From the IMG/VR virus record IMGVR_UViG_3300020179_000022: a stretch of 64,000 nucleotides of DNA; one strand, given 5' to 3'. The DNA is from an uncultured virus (IMG/VR IMGVR_UViG_3300020179_000022). Its lineage: Duplodnaviria > Heunggongvirae > Uroviricota > Caudoviricetes. Of this stretch, positions 52,508 through 60,620 are shown piece after piece (positions within the stretch are counted from its first letter, which is position 1; each line of letters opens with the position of its first letter). A program made the translations under genes and the position numbers. A model generated the notes under the pieces. The model saw only the letters and a program-made list of their open reading frames with translations, searched no databases and was not told the origin of the DNA.

Positions 52508-52699
52508 TGTGAAACATGTTTTACAAAAAAGTTACATATAGTGCACTTTAAGTGACATTAAGTAGGTTAATGAGGGTATATTCCTAAAAATGTGCAATTA
52601 ATTACACTTTTGTCTAGTTTATTTACTTAAAAACTGGACATTTATTGTAACATTTTTGTATAAAATTTGTTACAAATATGGCGATTTCGCCTTAATTAA
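52508..52699. repeat. Tandem array of at least 6 different imperfect palindromes
   Basis: TGTGAAACATGTTTTACA; TAGTGCACTTTAAGTGACATTA; GTGCAATTAATTACAC; TGTCTAGTTT-N10-AAACTGGACA; TTGTAACA-N15-TGTTACAA; GGCGA-TT-TCGCC. Confidence 0.75.
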
Positions 52700-53052
52700 A
52701 TCATCTCATCTCGCAAGTCCTGTTGCATCTTTTTGATTAGCTCTTGCTTTTCTTTCATTTCTCGCCAGCCGTGAGTTGGTTTAGGCTTTGACTTTGTCTG
52801 AATTTTTAGCAAAACTAGATAGCCAATTAGGTCATTTACAACATCTTCGTCATCTTTATCGAGAGAACCATTCTTGATTCTTTTGAGCTTGTCATCAATC
52901 CTTACCAGTAGTCCGTCTTTTGCGGACAACTGACTGAACACACCTAGAGGTTCTAATGCTGAGTTACCATACTTTTCATTCTTAGCAATCAATAGGTCTT
53001 CAATTGCTTGAAGAATGTTGTGAACATCTTCAGCAAATTTGTTATCACTCAT
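52696..53052 (-). CDS. Nucleotide-modification-associated domain protein (DUF1599/Nmad1-like)
   Basis: KNEKYGNS, RIDDKLKRIK and DLIGYLVLL motifs. Confidence 0.7.
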   Translation of the reverse strand: MSDNKFAEDVHNILQAIEDLLIAKNEKYGNSALEPLGVFSQLSAKDGLLVRIDDKLKRIKNGSLDKDDEDVVNDLIGYLVLLKIQTKSKPKPTHGWREMKEKQELIKKMQQDLRDEMI

Positions 53053-53236
53053 TGTTATTGGTTTTTATTTCTACAAAATCTTCCCATTTCAAGACATCCT
53101 TTTCTGTAATACTATTCCACCTTCCAGAGTGATATCTCATGGAGTTGATGTTTTCAATAGTGTATACAGCTCCTATGATAGGTTTTATTTTCCAATCATA
53201 TAGGCTAGGATTCCCCTGAAATTTGAACTTCTTCAT
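53045..53236 (-). CDS. Hypothetical protein
   Basis: 63-aa ORF overlapping both neighbours. Confidence 0.5.
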   Translation of the reverse strand: MKKFKFQGNPSLYDWKIKPIIGAVYTIENINSMRYHSGRWNSITEKDVLKWEDFVEIKTNNNE

Positions 53237-53471
53237 AGTGCGATTTGAAGCTTTGAAATTTCTTATTGATTAAGTAGTCACTTGTTCTAAACTTTGTTCT
53301 TCCCTTCTTAACAAGAAGACCATCATTGAATAGCACATAGAACTCGTTTTCCATAACTGGCTCATTCAATGCCACATAGTCTTTCCACCATTCAGCAGGT
53401 TTTTTGTTTTCATCAATAACCTTAGATGCTTCATACACACCAAAAGGATTTACGATAGTAGTGGGTTCCAT
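53205..53471 (-). CDS. Hypothetical protein
   Basis: 88-aa ORF with an AAAAACCAATAAAAT leader. Confidence 0.6.
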   Translation of the reverse strand: MEPTTIVNPFGVYEASKVIDENKKPAEWWKDYVALNEPVMENEFYVLFNDGLLVKKGRTKFRTSDYLINKKFQSFKSHYEEVQISGES

Positions 53472-53571
53472 ATTTTATTGGTTTTTAAATTTCAAAAGAA
53501 TATACAAGATATTTTCGAATTTGTTTTTAAATTTACTAAACATTAGCTGTCAACCAAAACATTTATACATC

Positions 53572-54261
53572 ATGAAAAAATCTTTAACAATTAAGAAAGC
53601 GCAAATGGGTGCTGCCATCCCTTCAAAAGGTCCTAAGGGTATAAAAAAATTTAAACCTAAGTCACGTAAAGGTCCTGTTTATGAAGGCTCCACTCTCCCA
53701 GAATATACTATCACTGCACCTAAAGCTGCGCCTAAGGCTAAGAATGGAAAAAGCCTAGGAATGAAATCAGTGAAAGCTGGATATGACAACAACCCAGGAG
53801 TTACAAGAGCTGACATTATTGTGGCTGCTAAGAAGAAAGCTAAGAATGGTATCAAGGTTGCGACTAAAAAAGTAGTTGCTAAGAAACCAATCAAAAAAGC
53901 TCAAGAAGGAACAACAATGGTGGTAGATGGCAAGGAGTATAAAGAAGGATCAATGCTTCCTGAAGTTACTGTAACTGCAAAGCCTATTAGATCACTTAAG
54001 GACCGTGTTAAATCAGTTAAGGATAAGGTTGAATCAATTGGTGATGGTCTTGGTTTAAATCGTTCATACAAGCCTAAGCCTGCAAAAAGATCTGTTCTTA
54101 GTGTTAAGACTTACAGACAAAAAGGAAGTGGACCAGGTTCTGGGATGATGAAACTTAAGCAGAGAATTAGTAGAAGATATGAAGAAGGCGGTGATGTAAG
54201 CATGGCTAAGAAAGGTGCTTCTGTAAAGAAGTCTATGGGTAAATGTAAATACGGCTGTTAA
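53572..54261 (+). CDS. Lys-rich basic protein with AQxG/AKNG repeats and two LPE(V/Y)T(V/I)TA motifs
   Basis: Probable start MKKSLTIKKAQMG at 53572. The track start at 53404 overlaps the divergent gene. Confidence 0.7.
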   Translation: MKKSLTIKKAQMGAAIPSKGPKGIKKFKPKSRKGPVYEGSTLPEYTITAPKAAPKAKNGKSLGMKSVKAGYDNNPGVTRADIIVAAKKKAKNGIKVATKKVVAKKPIKKAQEGTTMVVDGKEYKEGSMLPEVTVTAKPIRSLKDRVKSVKDKVESIGDGLGLNRSYKPKPAKRSVLSVKTYRQKGSGPGSGMMKLKQRISRRYEEGGDVSMAKKGASVKKSMGKCKYGC

Positions 54262-54413
54262 TGAAATCTGGAAAACCAAAGAAGGCACCAAAGGTTCCCA
54301 ATCCTAAACCAAATGCTAACTATATGAAAGAATATAGCAGCAATGATGTTAGGAGTAAATACCAACAGAAGAATGCCCAATGGCCCATGTCAAGAAAAAG
54401 ACTATCAAAATGA
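54261..54413 (+). CDS. Small basic protein (50 aa)
   Basis: Read by hand: MKSGKPKKAPKVPNPKP...RKRLSK, coupled TAATG. Confidence 0.55.
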   Translation: MKSGKPKKAPKVPNPKPNANYMKEYSSNDVRSKYQQKNAQWPMSRKRLSK

Positions 54414-54415
54414 AT

Positions 54416-54440
54416 AAAGCCTCCAATTAGGAGGCTTTTT
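54416..54440. terminator. Bidirectional intrinsic terminator between convergent genes
   Basis: AAAGCCTCC-AATTA-GGAGGCTTTTT. Confidence 0.8.
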
Positions 54441-54972
54441 CAATTATTGTTAGTCCATTATTGTTTATGAATCTTTCTCTCAACGTCCATTGAGGATTGA
54501 GTTGTAAGAACTCTTGTATGGCTAGCCATATTCCTTTCTCAGGCTTTCCTGAATAGGATTCACCAACGGTTTCAAAGCTTGTTGTGTCATGGAAGATGAT
54601 ATACTTATTCACCTTCTTAGCATGTAACTCAAGCTCCTTCTTTAGCTGTGTGTAGTTGTGAAGAGTGTCTATGAACAATAGATCTGTAGGCTCAATTTCA
54701 ATCTCTAACGTGTTACCAATGGCAAAGTGGAAGTCTGTGTCTTCTTTAACTAAATCTCTAACAGGCTCCCAGTGACACATGTGTATATCATAAGAGATCA
54801 TTTTCTTTGGTTTACCCATAAGAAGAGCGTACGTTGACACAATGTATCTAACCCCCATCTCAGTGATGTGTTCACATTCACTAGCGTAGCTTGCTAGAGT
54901 GGGTAGGTGTTCATTGATATCTGATGGTGTGTTGTACAATCTCTCGTATATCTGGTTAAGGCTTTCTGACAT
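54427..54972 (-). CDS. SAM-dependent methyltransferase-like protein (Methyltransf_24-like)
   Basis: SDINEHLPTL, TEMGVR, TDLLFIDTLH.Y.QL..EL, IIFHDT and NNNGLT motifs. Confidence 0.75.
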   Translation of the reverse strand: MSESLNQIYERLYNTPSDINEHLPTLASYASECEHITEMGVRYIVSTYALLMGKPKKMISYDIHMCHWEPVRDLVKEDTDFHFAIGNTLEIEIEPTDLLFIDTLHNYTQLKKELELHAKKVNKYIIFHDTTSFETVGESYSGKPEKGIWLAIQEFLQLNPQWTLRERFINNNGLTIIEKAS

Positions 54973-55056
54973 TTTATAAATTGTAAAGAGTTTTTAATCT
55001 TGATCCCCATACTGAGATGCCACTAGAATTTTGTAAATAATATTTCCATTCTTCAT

Positions 55057-55827
55057 TCATGTTGTTCTCAATATACCATTGCTTTTATTTTTTGTAATAT
55101 ATTCTTCAAACTGTTTTTGGTAATCAACTTCCCAATGAGGATTTAAATGTATGTCTCCTGTTGGAATTAATCCTTTTTTTCTAAGAGCTTCTACATGGTT
55201 TGAATGTCTCTCAATGACATTTGCTCTGTCATTGGTGTCTGTACCAAGACCACTCATGTGATAGCCTCTTCCTCCCCACATATAGAACCAACTAGCCTCT
55301 TCTTTAGGAGGGGCTGCAAATAGTCTCCCTCCATAATGATGAAGCTTATTTATAAATGTCATGTCATATCCAGCATTCTCTATAGGATGACCACCAATAG
55401 CTTTCCATGTAGGCTTTCTAAACACAATACCAGAGTTGCCTATCCATGTAATGTCAGTGATTGCACCACTATTATAGAAGACACCAGGATTCCAATGTAG
55501 GATGTTTACATCATCTGTAAAATATTTGGCTACATTATTCAAGTGCCAAGGCATAGCAACATCATCATCGTCCCATTGACAAATGATTTCCCCTTTGCAT
55601 AACTCTGTAGCAAAGTTCTCTTTATCCCCTATAGTTTTGAATGTCTCATCAAGATTGTAAATCCTCACTTGAGGATGATCAAATACAAGCTTCTGTAGAG
55701 GATAGTCATTAACAATCACTAGTTCTTTTTTAGGATAGTTCTGAATAAGAAAAGAGTGGAGAGACTCTTCGAGAAACTCCACTCTTCCATAAGTGATCAT
55801 TTTACAACTGATCAATGAGTGATTCAT
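55057..55827 (-). CDS. Glycosyltransferase family 2
   Basis: ISCKMITYGR, QNYP..ELVIVND and ICQWDDDD motifs. Confidence 0.85.
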   Translation of the reverse strand: MNHSLISCKMITYGRVEFLEESLHSFLIQNYPKKELVIVNDYPLQKLVFDHPQVRIYNLDETFKTIGDKENFATELCKGEIICQWDDDDVAMPWHLNNVAKYFTDDVNILHWNPGVFYNSGAITDITWIGNSGIVFRKPTWKAIGGHPIENAGYDMTFINKLHHYGGRLFAAPPKEEASWFYMWGGRGYHMSGLGTDTNDRANVIERHSNHVEALRKKGLIPTGDIHLNPHWEVDYQKQFEEYITKNKSNGILRTT

Positions 55828-56126
55828 AGATCAACAATATTGAGTAGTTTGATGAACCTCTCTGAGTCTTCTGGTGTCAGATAAATCTCAGTTTGATAAG
55901 TGTTACGCTCACGCTTGTAACCTTTAATCTGTCCATTCTTTGGATTAATGTCAGGCACTTCTACTGAACGCTCATGAATGTCATCGATAAGAACTAAGCG
56001 GTTGTCATTCTCCATGACAATAGTTCTAATGACTTTCTCAATATTGAAGCTGTCTAGATACTCTTTGAATTCAAGGGGATCAGTTCCTTGAATTGGTTCT
56101 TTCCTTGTGTAAAAGAATTGGTTCAT
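55824..56126 (-). CDS. Hypothetical protein
   Basis: 100-aa ORF overlapping the GT2 start. Confidence 0.65.
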   Translation of the reverse strand: MNQFFYTRKEPIQGTDPLEFKEYLDSFNIEKVIRTIVMENDNRLVLIDDIHERSVEVPDINPKNGQIKGYKRERNTYQTEIYLTPEDSERFIKLLNIVDL

Positions 56127-56142
56127 GTTTGTAAAATTGGTT

Positions 56143-56355
56143 TTAGAATTTTTTAATTACAATCTCTATGCTGTCTGGAGACTTTGCATAGTTTTCACCT
56201 ACGTGCTTAGTTGCCTTAAAGATAACTTCTTTCTCATCATTGGCAAGAATGTATTTTGGCTCAATGATTAATTCAGAGCCTGTATACACTTTAATTCCTT
56301 CTTCGTTGAAGTCATATTTGTGAAATATGGCTGCGTATTCATATAACTGCTTCAT
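56143..56355 (-). CDS. Hypothetical protein
   Basis: 70-aa ORF in the operon. Confidence 0.55.
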   Translation of the reverse strand: MKQLYEYAAIFHKYDFNEEGIKVYTGSELIIEPKYILANDEKEVIFKATKHVGENYAKSPDSIEIVIKKF

Positions 56356-56747
56356 GATAAATTGTATTTTGTTTTTAAATATTCACGTCTTTTGTTCACT
56401 TCTTTATAACGATAGATGTCGTTCTCAACATTGGTGTGTTCATCAAGTGTCAAGAGAATAATATTCTCCTCATCTAACATTGCGTCCTTATACTTCTCCT
56501 TTGGAAGGATGTGATGAAAGAATATTGACAGAGGCTCTGTCCCTAGTCTCTCACCACTAATCTCAGACTTATGTAGTCTTTGCTTCCAAATCTTAAGAAA
56601 CACCTCACGCATAGAGGACTTCTCCTCTATGATGAGCTTGTTTGAATAGTTTTTAGTTGTTGTTAACATTTGTTTCTTTGGCTTGTGCCTAAAGCAATAT
56701 TCTCCTTCACAGGGTTTATTGCATATTTTGCATTTTGATTTAGGCAT
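56352..56747 (-). CDS. Zn-finger plus HNH-like protein
   Basis: CKIC...C...YCFRH, then HHILPK...NIILL...EH (HNH-like). Confidence 0.55.
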   Translation of the reverse strand: MPKSKCKICNKPCEGEYCFRHKPKKQMLTTTKNYSNKLIIEEKSSMREVFLKIWKQRLHKSEISGERLGTEPLSIFFHHILPKEKYKDAMLDEENIILLTLDEHTNVENDIYRYKEVNKRREYLKTKYNLS

Positions 56748-56749
56748 TT

Positions 56750-57775
56750 TTATAATCCATCGTCTTCAGGTACCAACTCTACATTCTTAATACGATTAAT
56801 AATTGTTTGCTTGATGTCTTCTTCTAGCTCTGGATTGTCTTCTAGTAGCTTTTGAAATCCATCATATTGATACTTCTCTTCTTTGTATGTAACTGTAGAG
56901 CCATACTTTCTAAGAACACTATACTCAGTACCAAGTTCCATAAGCTCTGCGAACTTGTCAATACCCTGACCATACACAATATCAAAGGTAGTTCCTCTAT
57001 ATGGAGGAGACATTTTGTTCTTTACAGCCTTCACCTTAGTGATGTTGCCATAAGTTACATCTCCCTCTTTTGCTAGAGATCTGCTCACTTCGATCCTACA
57101 ATCTGAATAAAACTTCAGCGCATGACCACCTTGCGTAGTAGTTGGATTACCAAACATAACACCAATCTTCTCACGATATTGAGAGATGACAATCACACAG
57201 ACATTGTGTGTAGATAGAGCAGTCTTTAGTTTTGGATATGCATTACTGTTCAACACAGCCTTCTTACCAATAGCACTATCTCCTACATCACCATCTAACA
57301 CCTTCTTAGGAATCAATGAACTATCGCTGTCGATGATTACAAGATCTAGCTCTCCAGTGTTGATTAAGTCCATTGCAATTTGAAAACCCTCCTCACCGCA
57401 GCTTGGTTGAGCAATCAACATCTCATCAGTGTTTACACCCAGAGCTTCAAAATAGATTTTGTCAACAGCATGCTCGCCATCGATGTACAACACTCTACCA
57501 CCCTTTGCTTGACATTCTGCTACAGTGTGACCACAGATGGTTGATTTACCTGTACCCTCCCACCCCATAAGCTCATAAAGTTTCCCTTTAACAAAACCTC
57601 CTACACCTAGAGTGATGTGATCAAACCCAAGAGAACCTGTGCTAATTAGGTCATAGGAGTTTTGATTCTTAGAATTCAGTGTTAGCACACTTCCTACACC
57701 ATACGCTTTGTTCAGCTTGTCCAGAGCTGCTTGGAACTTACTTTGTTCCTCTTGATTTTCTTTCTTTTTTGCCAT
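56750..57775 (-). CDS. recA: RecA recombinase
   Basis: ISTGSLG, Walker A GWEGTGKST, YIDGEHA, IIDS, QYREKIGVMFGNP.TT.GGHALKFY and VKNK..PP. Probable start MAKKKE at 57775. Confidence 0.95.
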   Translation of the reverse strand: MAKKKENQEEQSKFQAALDKLNKAYGVGSVLTLNSKNQNSYDLISTGSLGFDHITLGVGGFVKGKLYELMGWEGTGKSTICGHTVAECQAKGGRVLYIDGEHAVDKIYFEALGVNTDEMLIAQPSCGEEGFQIAMDLINTGELDLVIIDSDSSLIPKKVLDGDVGDSAIGKKAVLNSNAYPKLKTALSTHNVCVIVISQYREKIGVMFGNPTTTQGGHALKFYSDCRIEVSRSLAKEGDVTYGNITKVKAVKNKMSPPYRGTTFDIVYGQGIDKFAELMELGTEYSVLRKYGSTVTYKEEKYQYDGFQKLLEDNPELEEDIKQTIINRIKNVELVPEDDGL

Positions 57776-57798
57776 TATTGAATTGAATTTAGATGTAA

Positions 57799-57829
57799 CG
57801 AATTTAATTAATTTTTTTAACATTTTCAA
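57799..57829 (-). promoter_or_regulatory. Putative Bacteroidota-type promoter upstream of recA
   Basis: TTG-N20-TAAATTCG on the minus strand, between a terminator and the recA start. Confidence 0.45.
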
Positions 57830-57831
57830 TT

Positions 57832-57862
57832 AAAAACCCCACAACAAAGTCGCGGGGTTTTT
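57832..57862 (-). terminator. Intrinsic terminator
   Basis: AAAAACCCC...GGGGTTTTT inverted repeat. Confidence 0.75.
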
Positions 57863-57885
57863 CACTCAAAACACACTAACATTAA

Positions 57886-58131
57886 CTAATCGAATTTCCA
57901 AGGATAAGAGTGAAGTCTATAGTATTCAACATTTGCATACGCTGATCTGTATGGCTCACTAATTCTCACTGGATTTGCCAGCTCCTCTGGTGTATACACA
58001 CTATTTCCAGGGAACGATCCACATGTTACTAATATACTATTACCCTCATTTATAGCATTCTTAACTACATAATCTCTAATGTCAATGTTTCCTCTAAAGT
58101 CTTTTTTACAGTGAATTTTTATTGTTTTCAT
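57886..58131 (-). CDS. Hypothetical protein
   Basis: 81-aa ORF in the operon. Confidence 0.6.
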   Translation of the reverse strand: MKTIKIHCKKDFRGNIDIRDYVVKNAINEGNSILVTCGSFPGNSVYTPEELANPVRISEPYRSAYANVEYYRLHSYPWKFD

Positions 58132-58330
58132 TTTGCTTTGTTATTTGTAATGTAGCGTTTTTATAAATTCTAATTTGATCTGACATGTAGTGTCTGACAT
58201 GTCCTCCATCACAGAGCACAACACACCATATATCGTTTTCAAATGCTCCACTGTCTCTTACATAGAGAGCATACCCATCCTTGCCATTTTCTACAACAAC
58301 AGGGATGGGATTTGCAAACTCATGTATCAA
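58106..58330 (-). CDS. Hypothetical protein
   Basis: 74 aa; G.ALYV.DSG.FENDIWCVVL.DGG.VRH looks like a conserved small phage protein. Confidence 0.65.
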   Translation of the reverse strand: MIHEFANPIPVVVENGKDGYALYVRDSGAFENDIWCVVLCDGGHVRHYMSDQIRIYKNATLQITKQNENNKNSL

Positions 58331-58716
58331 TTTAACATCTGAAAAGCTCTCTCTATAGCAGCTCTTTCGCAGGGTATTCTTTCTTTGAAGAACTCTGCAA
58401 ACATTTCTCCATTTATCTTGTAATAGAATAAATAAGAATCAGGAGCTATATCTCCACCTATATCCCCAGCTATATCTCTTAACACCTCAATGAATATTCT
58501 ATTATTATCAAGAACATCAAAGAAGTTTCTAGGGCTCTGATCAAGCATGATTGCTAGAGTGATGTCAGACACTCCTCTAGACAACATATGCTTCTTGAAG
58601 TCCTCTGGAGCATTGTCTTGCTCAAAGCTTTCAATCATCTTTTTCAAGAACCAATCTCTTACAGTTTCTGTAGCAAGAGGGTAATCATTTAATATTTCAA
58701 TTGCTAATTTCGACAT
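58327..58716 (-). CDS. Hypothetical protein
   Basis: 129-aa ORF in the operon. Confidence 0.6.
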   Translation of the reverse strand: MSKLAIEILNDYPLATETVRDWFLKKMIESFEQDNAPEDFKKHMLSRGVSDITLAIMLDQSPRNFFDVLDNNRIFIEVLRDIAGDIGGDIAPDSYLFYYKINGEMFAEFFKERIPCERAAIERAFQMLN

Positions 58717-59260
58717 GTTGTTTTATGTTATTAATGTTTAATGTTTCTCTTTCTTCGTGGAATCCTTCCCAAACCTCCTGATCACTAGAGAATGTTACGC
58801 CTAATTTATCTTCCCAAAAGTTGATTAGATCCTGAGTTTTATTGAATATTCTATATTGCAGAGAAACTTCATCTCTGTATTTACCATTCTTCATGATCTT
58901 CACAACCTTTGGGAATAAATTTTGAAAGTCTTTGCTGGTCTTGGAATACAATCCTTGTCTAACAAGTTGATAATCCTTCTTAAACTTTACATCTAGTTTG
59001 TACACCATCACTACATAACCACCTTCATAATCATAATCTTCTATAATAGATTTAGTTCTTTCATATTCAGAGTCTATGAAATCTCTAAACAAATCCATAT
59101 CGTGAGGTTTAAAAAGCAAATACACACAATCTTCATAAGTGCAGTCGTGATCAACGTCTCTTATGAAACCATTAATGAAACCCACCCTGTCTAGTCTTTC
59201 AATACCTATACCAAGTGGTTTCACCATAAATAGCGCAGTGATGCTTCTTGTTAACTTCAT
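58697..59260 (-). CDS. Hypothetical protein (crAss-like conserved)
   Basis: 187 aa with a G.YSK.S motif, adjacent to the nuclease gene. Confidence 0.65.
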   Translation of the reverse strand: MKLTRSITALFMVKPLGIGIERLDRVGFINGFIRDVDHDCTYEDCVYLLFKPHDMDLFRDFIDSEYERTKSIIEDYDYEGGYVVMVYKLDVKFKKDYQLVRQGLYSKTSKDFQNLFPKVVKIMKNGKYRDEVSLQYRIFNKTQDLINFWEDKLGVTFSSDQEVWEGFHEERETLNINNIKQHVEISN

Positions 59261-60312
59261 TAATTTTTAATGTTTACAATTCCTCCATTTTCAAAGTTTT
59301 TTCTTGACATGTTCCAAACACCATTGTAAAGTGCCCAATCAAGATCCTCAATTAACTCTTTTACACCTGAGTATCTTCTACTCTTGTGTTCGAATCCAAC
59401 ATAACAATCGTTGATGTCTTCTTCTGCGAGTGTGTAGATGAGAGGATTATAGTAGTTGGTGCTATCACAAACAATAAATGCTGGATACTTTGCAGAATAA
59501 CCAAACCACTCTGACTTTTGATCAGTGACTAGATGAACAGTTGCTCGATAGTAAAGATATGCTTGAATATACGCACGTCTGTACAAATAATATTCATCAT
59601 AGAAGTTTTCTACACTCCATGTACATTTTAAGTCGTACACCTGCGCTGTCCTTTCATGATGATCAAAGATCAATTTATCAAACATGCTCTTAAATGTGTG
59701 ACCATCTACAACATAAGAGTCTATCTGATACTGATTTAGCACTGTATATCTTGGGCTACTCACTAGATTTACAAGATCTCTTGTGACAATGTTGTTTCTC
59801 AATTCTGTCACAATTTTCTCAGCATTTGTGACATCATTACTATTAATCACTGTCAGGTTTTGAGACCTCACCTTTCTGATTTCATTGTAATATATTTCAG
59901 CATCAGTGCCAACAAACTTACTAATCACCTGCTCAATCTTAATCTTGAATCCAGAAGCTAAATAAGCATCTTTAGTGAGCTCATCAAAGGTTCTTGTCAC
60001 TACACCAAAATCATCTGTTGCTTCCTTTGTCACCTTGTAAAGAGCTTCTACAAAGTCTAGCATAAGTCCTGTTGGTGTGTTTGCACAAGCAGACATATAG
60101 AACCTATTGTCAAACTCTTCAGGCTCAAGAAGAAGCGTTTCAACAATTCTGCCAATAGTGATAGCTTGATTGTCTTTGTCTTCTACATTTTCTCCTAGTA
60201 TATACTTTTTGTAATACTTCTTTCTATCCATTGAAAAATCTTTCAATGAACTAGAGCTATCTGTTTGAATAGCTCTGTAATTAGCTTCTGTTTTACTTTG
60301 TCCCTGTATCAT
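59260..60312 (-). CDS. PD-(D/E)XK (RecB-like) exonuclease
   Basis: SSSSLK, G..V..LLL, KSMFDKL...VYDLKCT and Y..QAYLY motifs. Confidence 0.75.
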   Translation of the reverse strand: MIQGQSKTEANYRAIQTDSSSSLKDFSMDRKKYYKKYILGENVEDKDNQAITIGRIVETLLLEPEEFDNRFYMSACANTPTGLMLDFVEALYKVTKEATDDFGVVTRTFDELTKDAYLASGFKIKIEQVISKFVGTDAEIYYNEIRKVRSQNLTVINSNDVTNAEKIVTELRNNIVTRDLVNLVSSPRYTVLNQYQIDSYVVDGHTFKSMFDKLIFDHHERTAQVYDLKCTWSVENFYDEYYLYRRAYIQAYLYYRATVHLVTDQKSEWFGYSAKYPAFIVCDSTNYYNPLIYTLAEEDINDCYVGFEHKSRRYSGVKELIEDLDWALYNGVWNMSRKNFENGGIVNIKN

Positions 60313-60532
60313 TTAGTGTTTGTTTGAATGCGTTAATAATAAGAGGATACATAGTCCTCACTTCTCTAGGAACTCTTTGGAAAAACCATCTCACTTCTAG
60401 CTCATATTCATTTCCATTTACATCCACTCCCTGTGGATAAATGAGCCAGAACCTGTGTATCTCTCCCTCATATTCCACATGACCCTCGTGCCATATTTCT
60501 GTAAATGATGGCTGCTTGTTGATTGAAATCAT
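60293..60532 (-). CDS. Hypothetical protein
   Basis: 79-aa ORF. Confidence 0.6.
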   Translation of the reverse strand: MISINKQPSFTEIWHEGHVEYEGEIHRFWLIYPQGVDVNGNEYELEVRWFFQRVPREVRTMYPLIINAFKQTLNDTGTK

Positions 60533-60563
60533 AAAATAACAATTTTAGTTAGTAATTGCAAAT

Positions 60564-60595
60564 AAAAAAACCTTCCCCCATTGAGGGAAGGCTTT
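60564..60595 (-). terminator. Intrinsic terminator
   Basis: AAAAAAACCTTCCC-CCATTGA-GGGAAGG; the U-tract is on the minus strand. Confidence 0.75.
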
Positions 60596-60620
60596 ATCAA
60601 ATTTAACCCAAATCTATTTA

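Noticed and set aside
52508..52699. CRISPR array or tRNA in the intergenic region
   Set aside because: There is no repeated direct-repeat unit with spacers and no cloverleaf or T-loop signature. Reported instead as a heterogeneous palindrome array.
53404..53571. N-terminal extension of the + ORF given by the track
   Set aside because: It overlaps the divergent gene and its promoter gap. The ATG at 53572 has a typical A-rich leader.
54974..55060. 28-codon minus-strand ORF (MNEEWKYY...) filling the gap between the GT2 and methyltransferase genes
   Set aside because: It is too short to support without homology, although it is coupled to the upstream stop.
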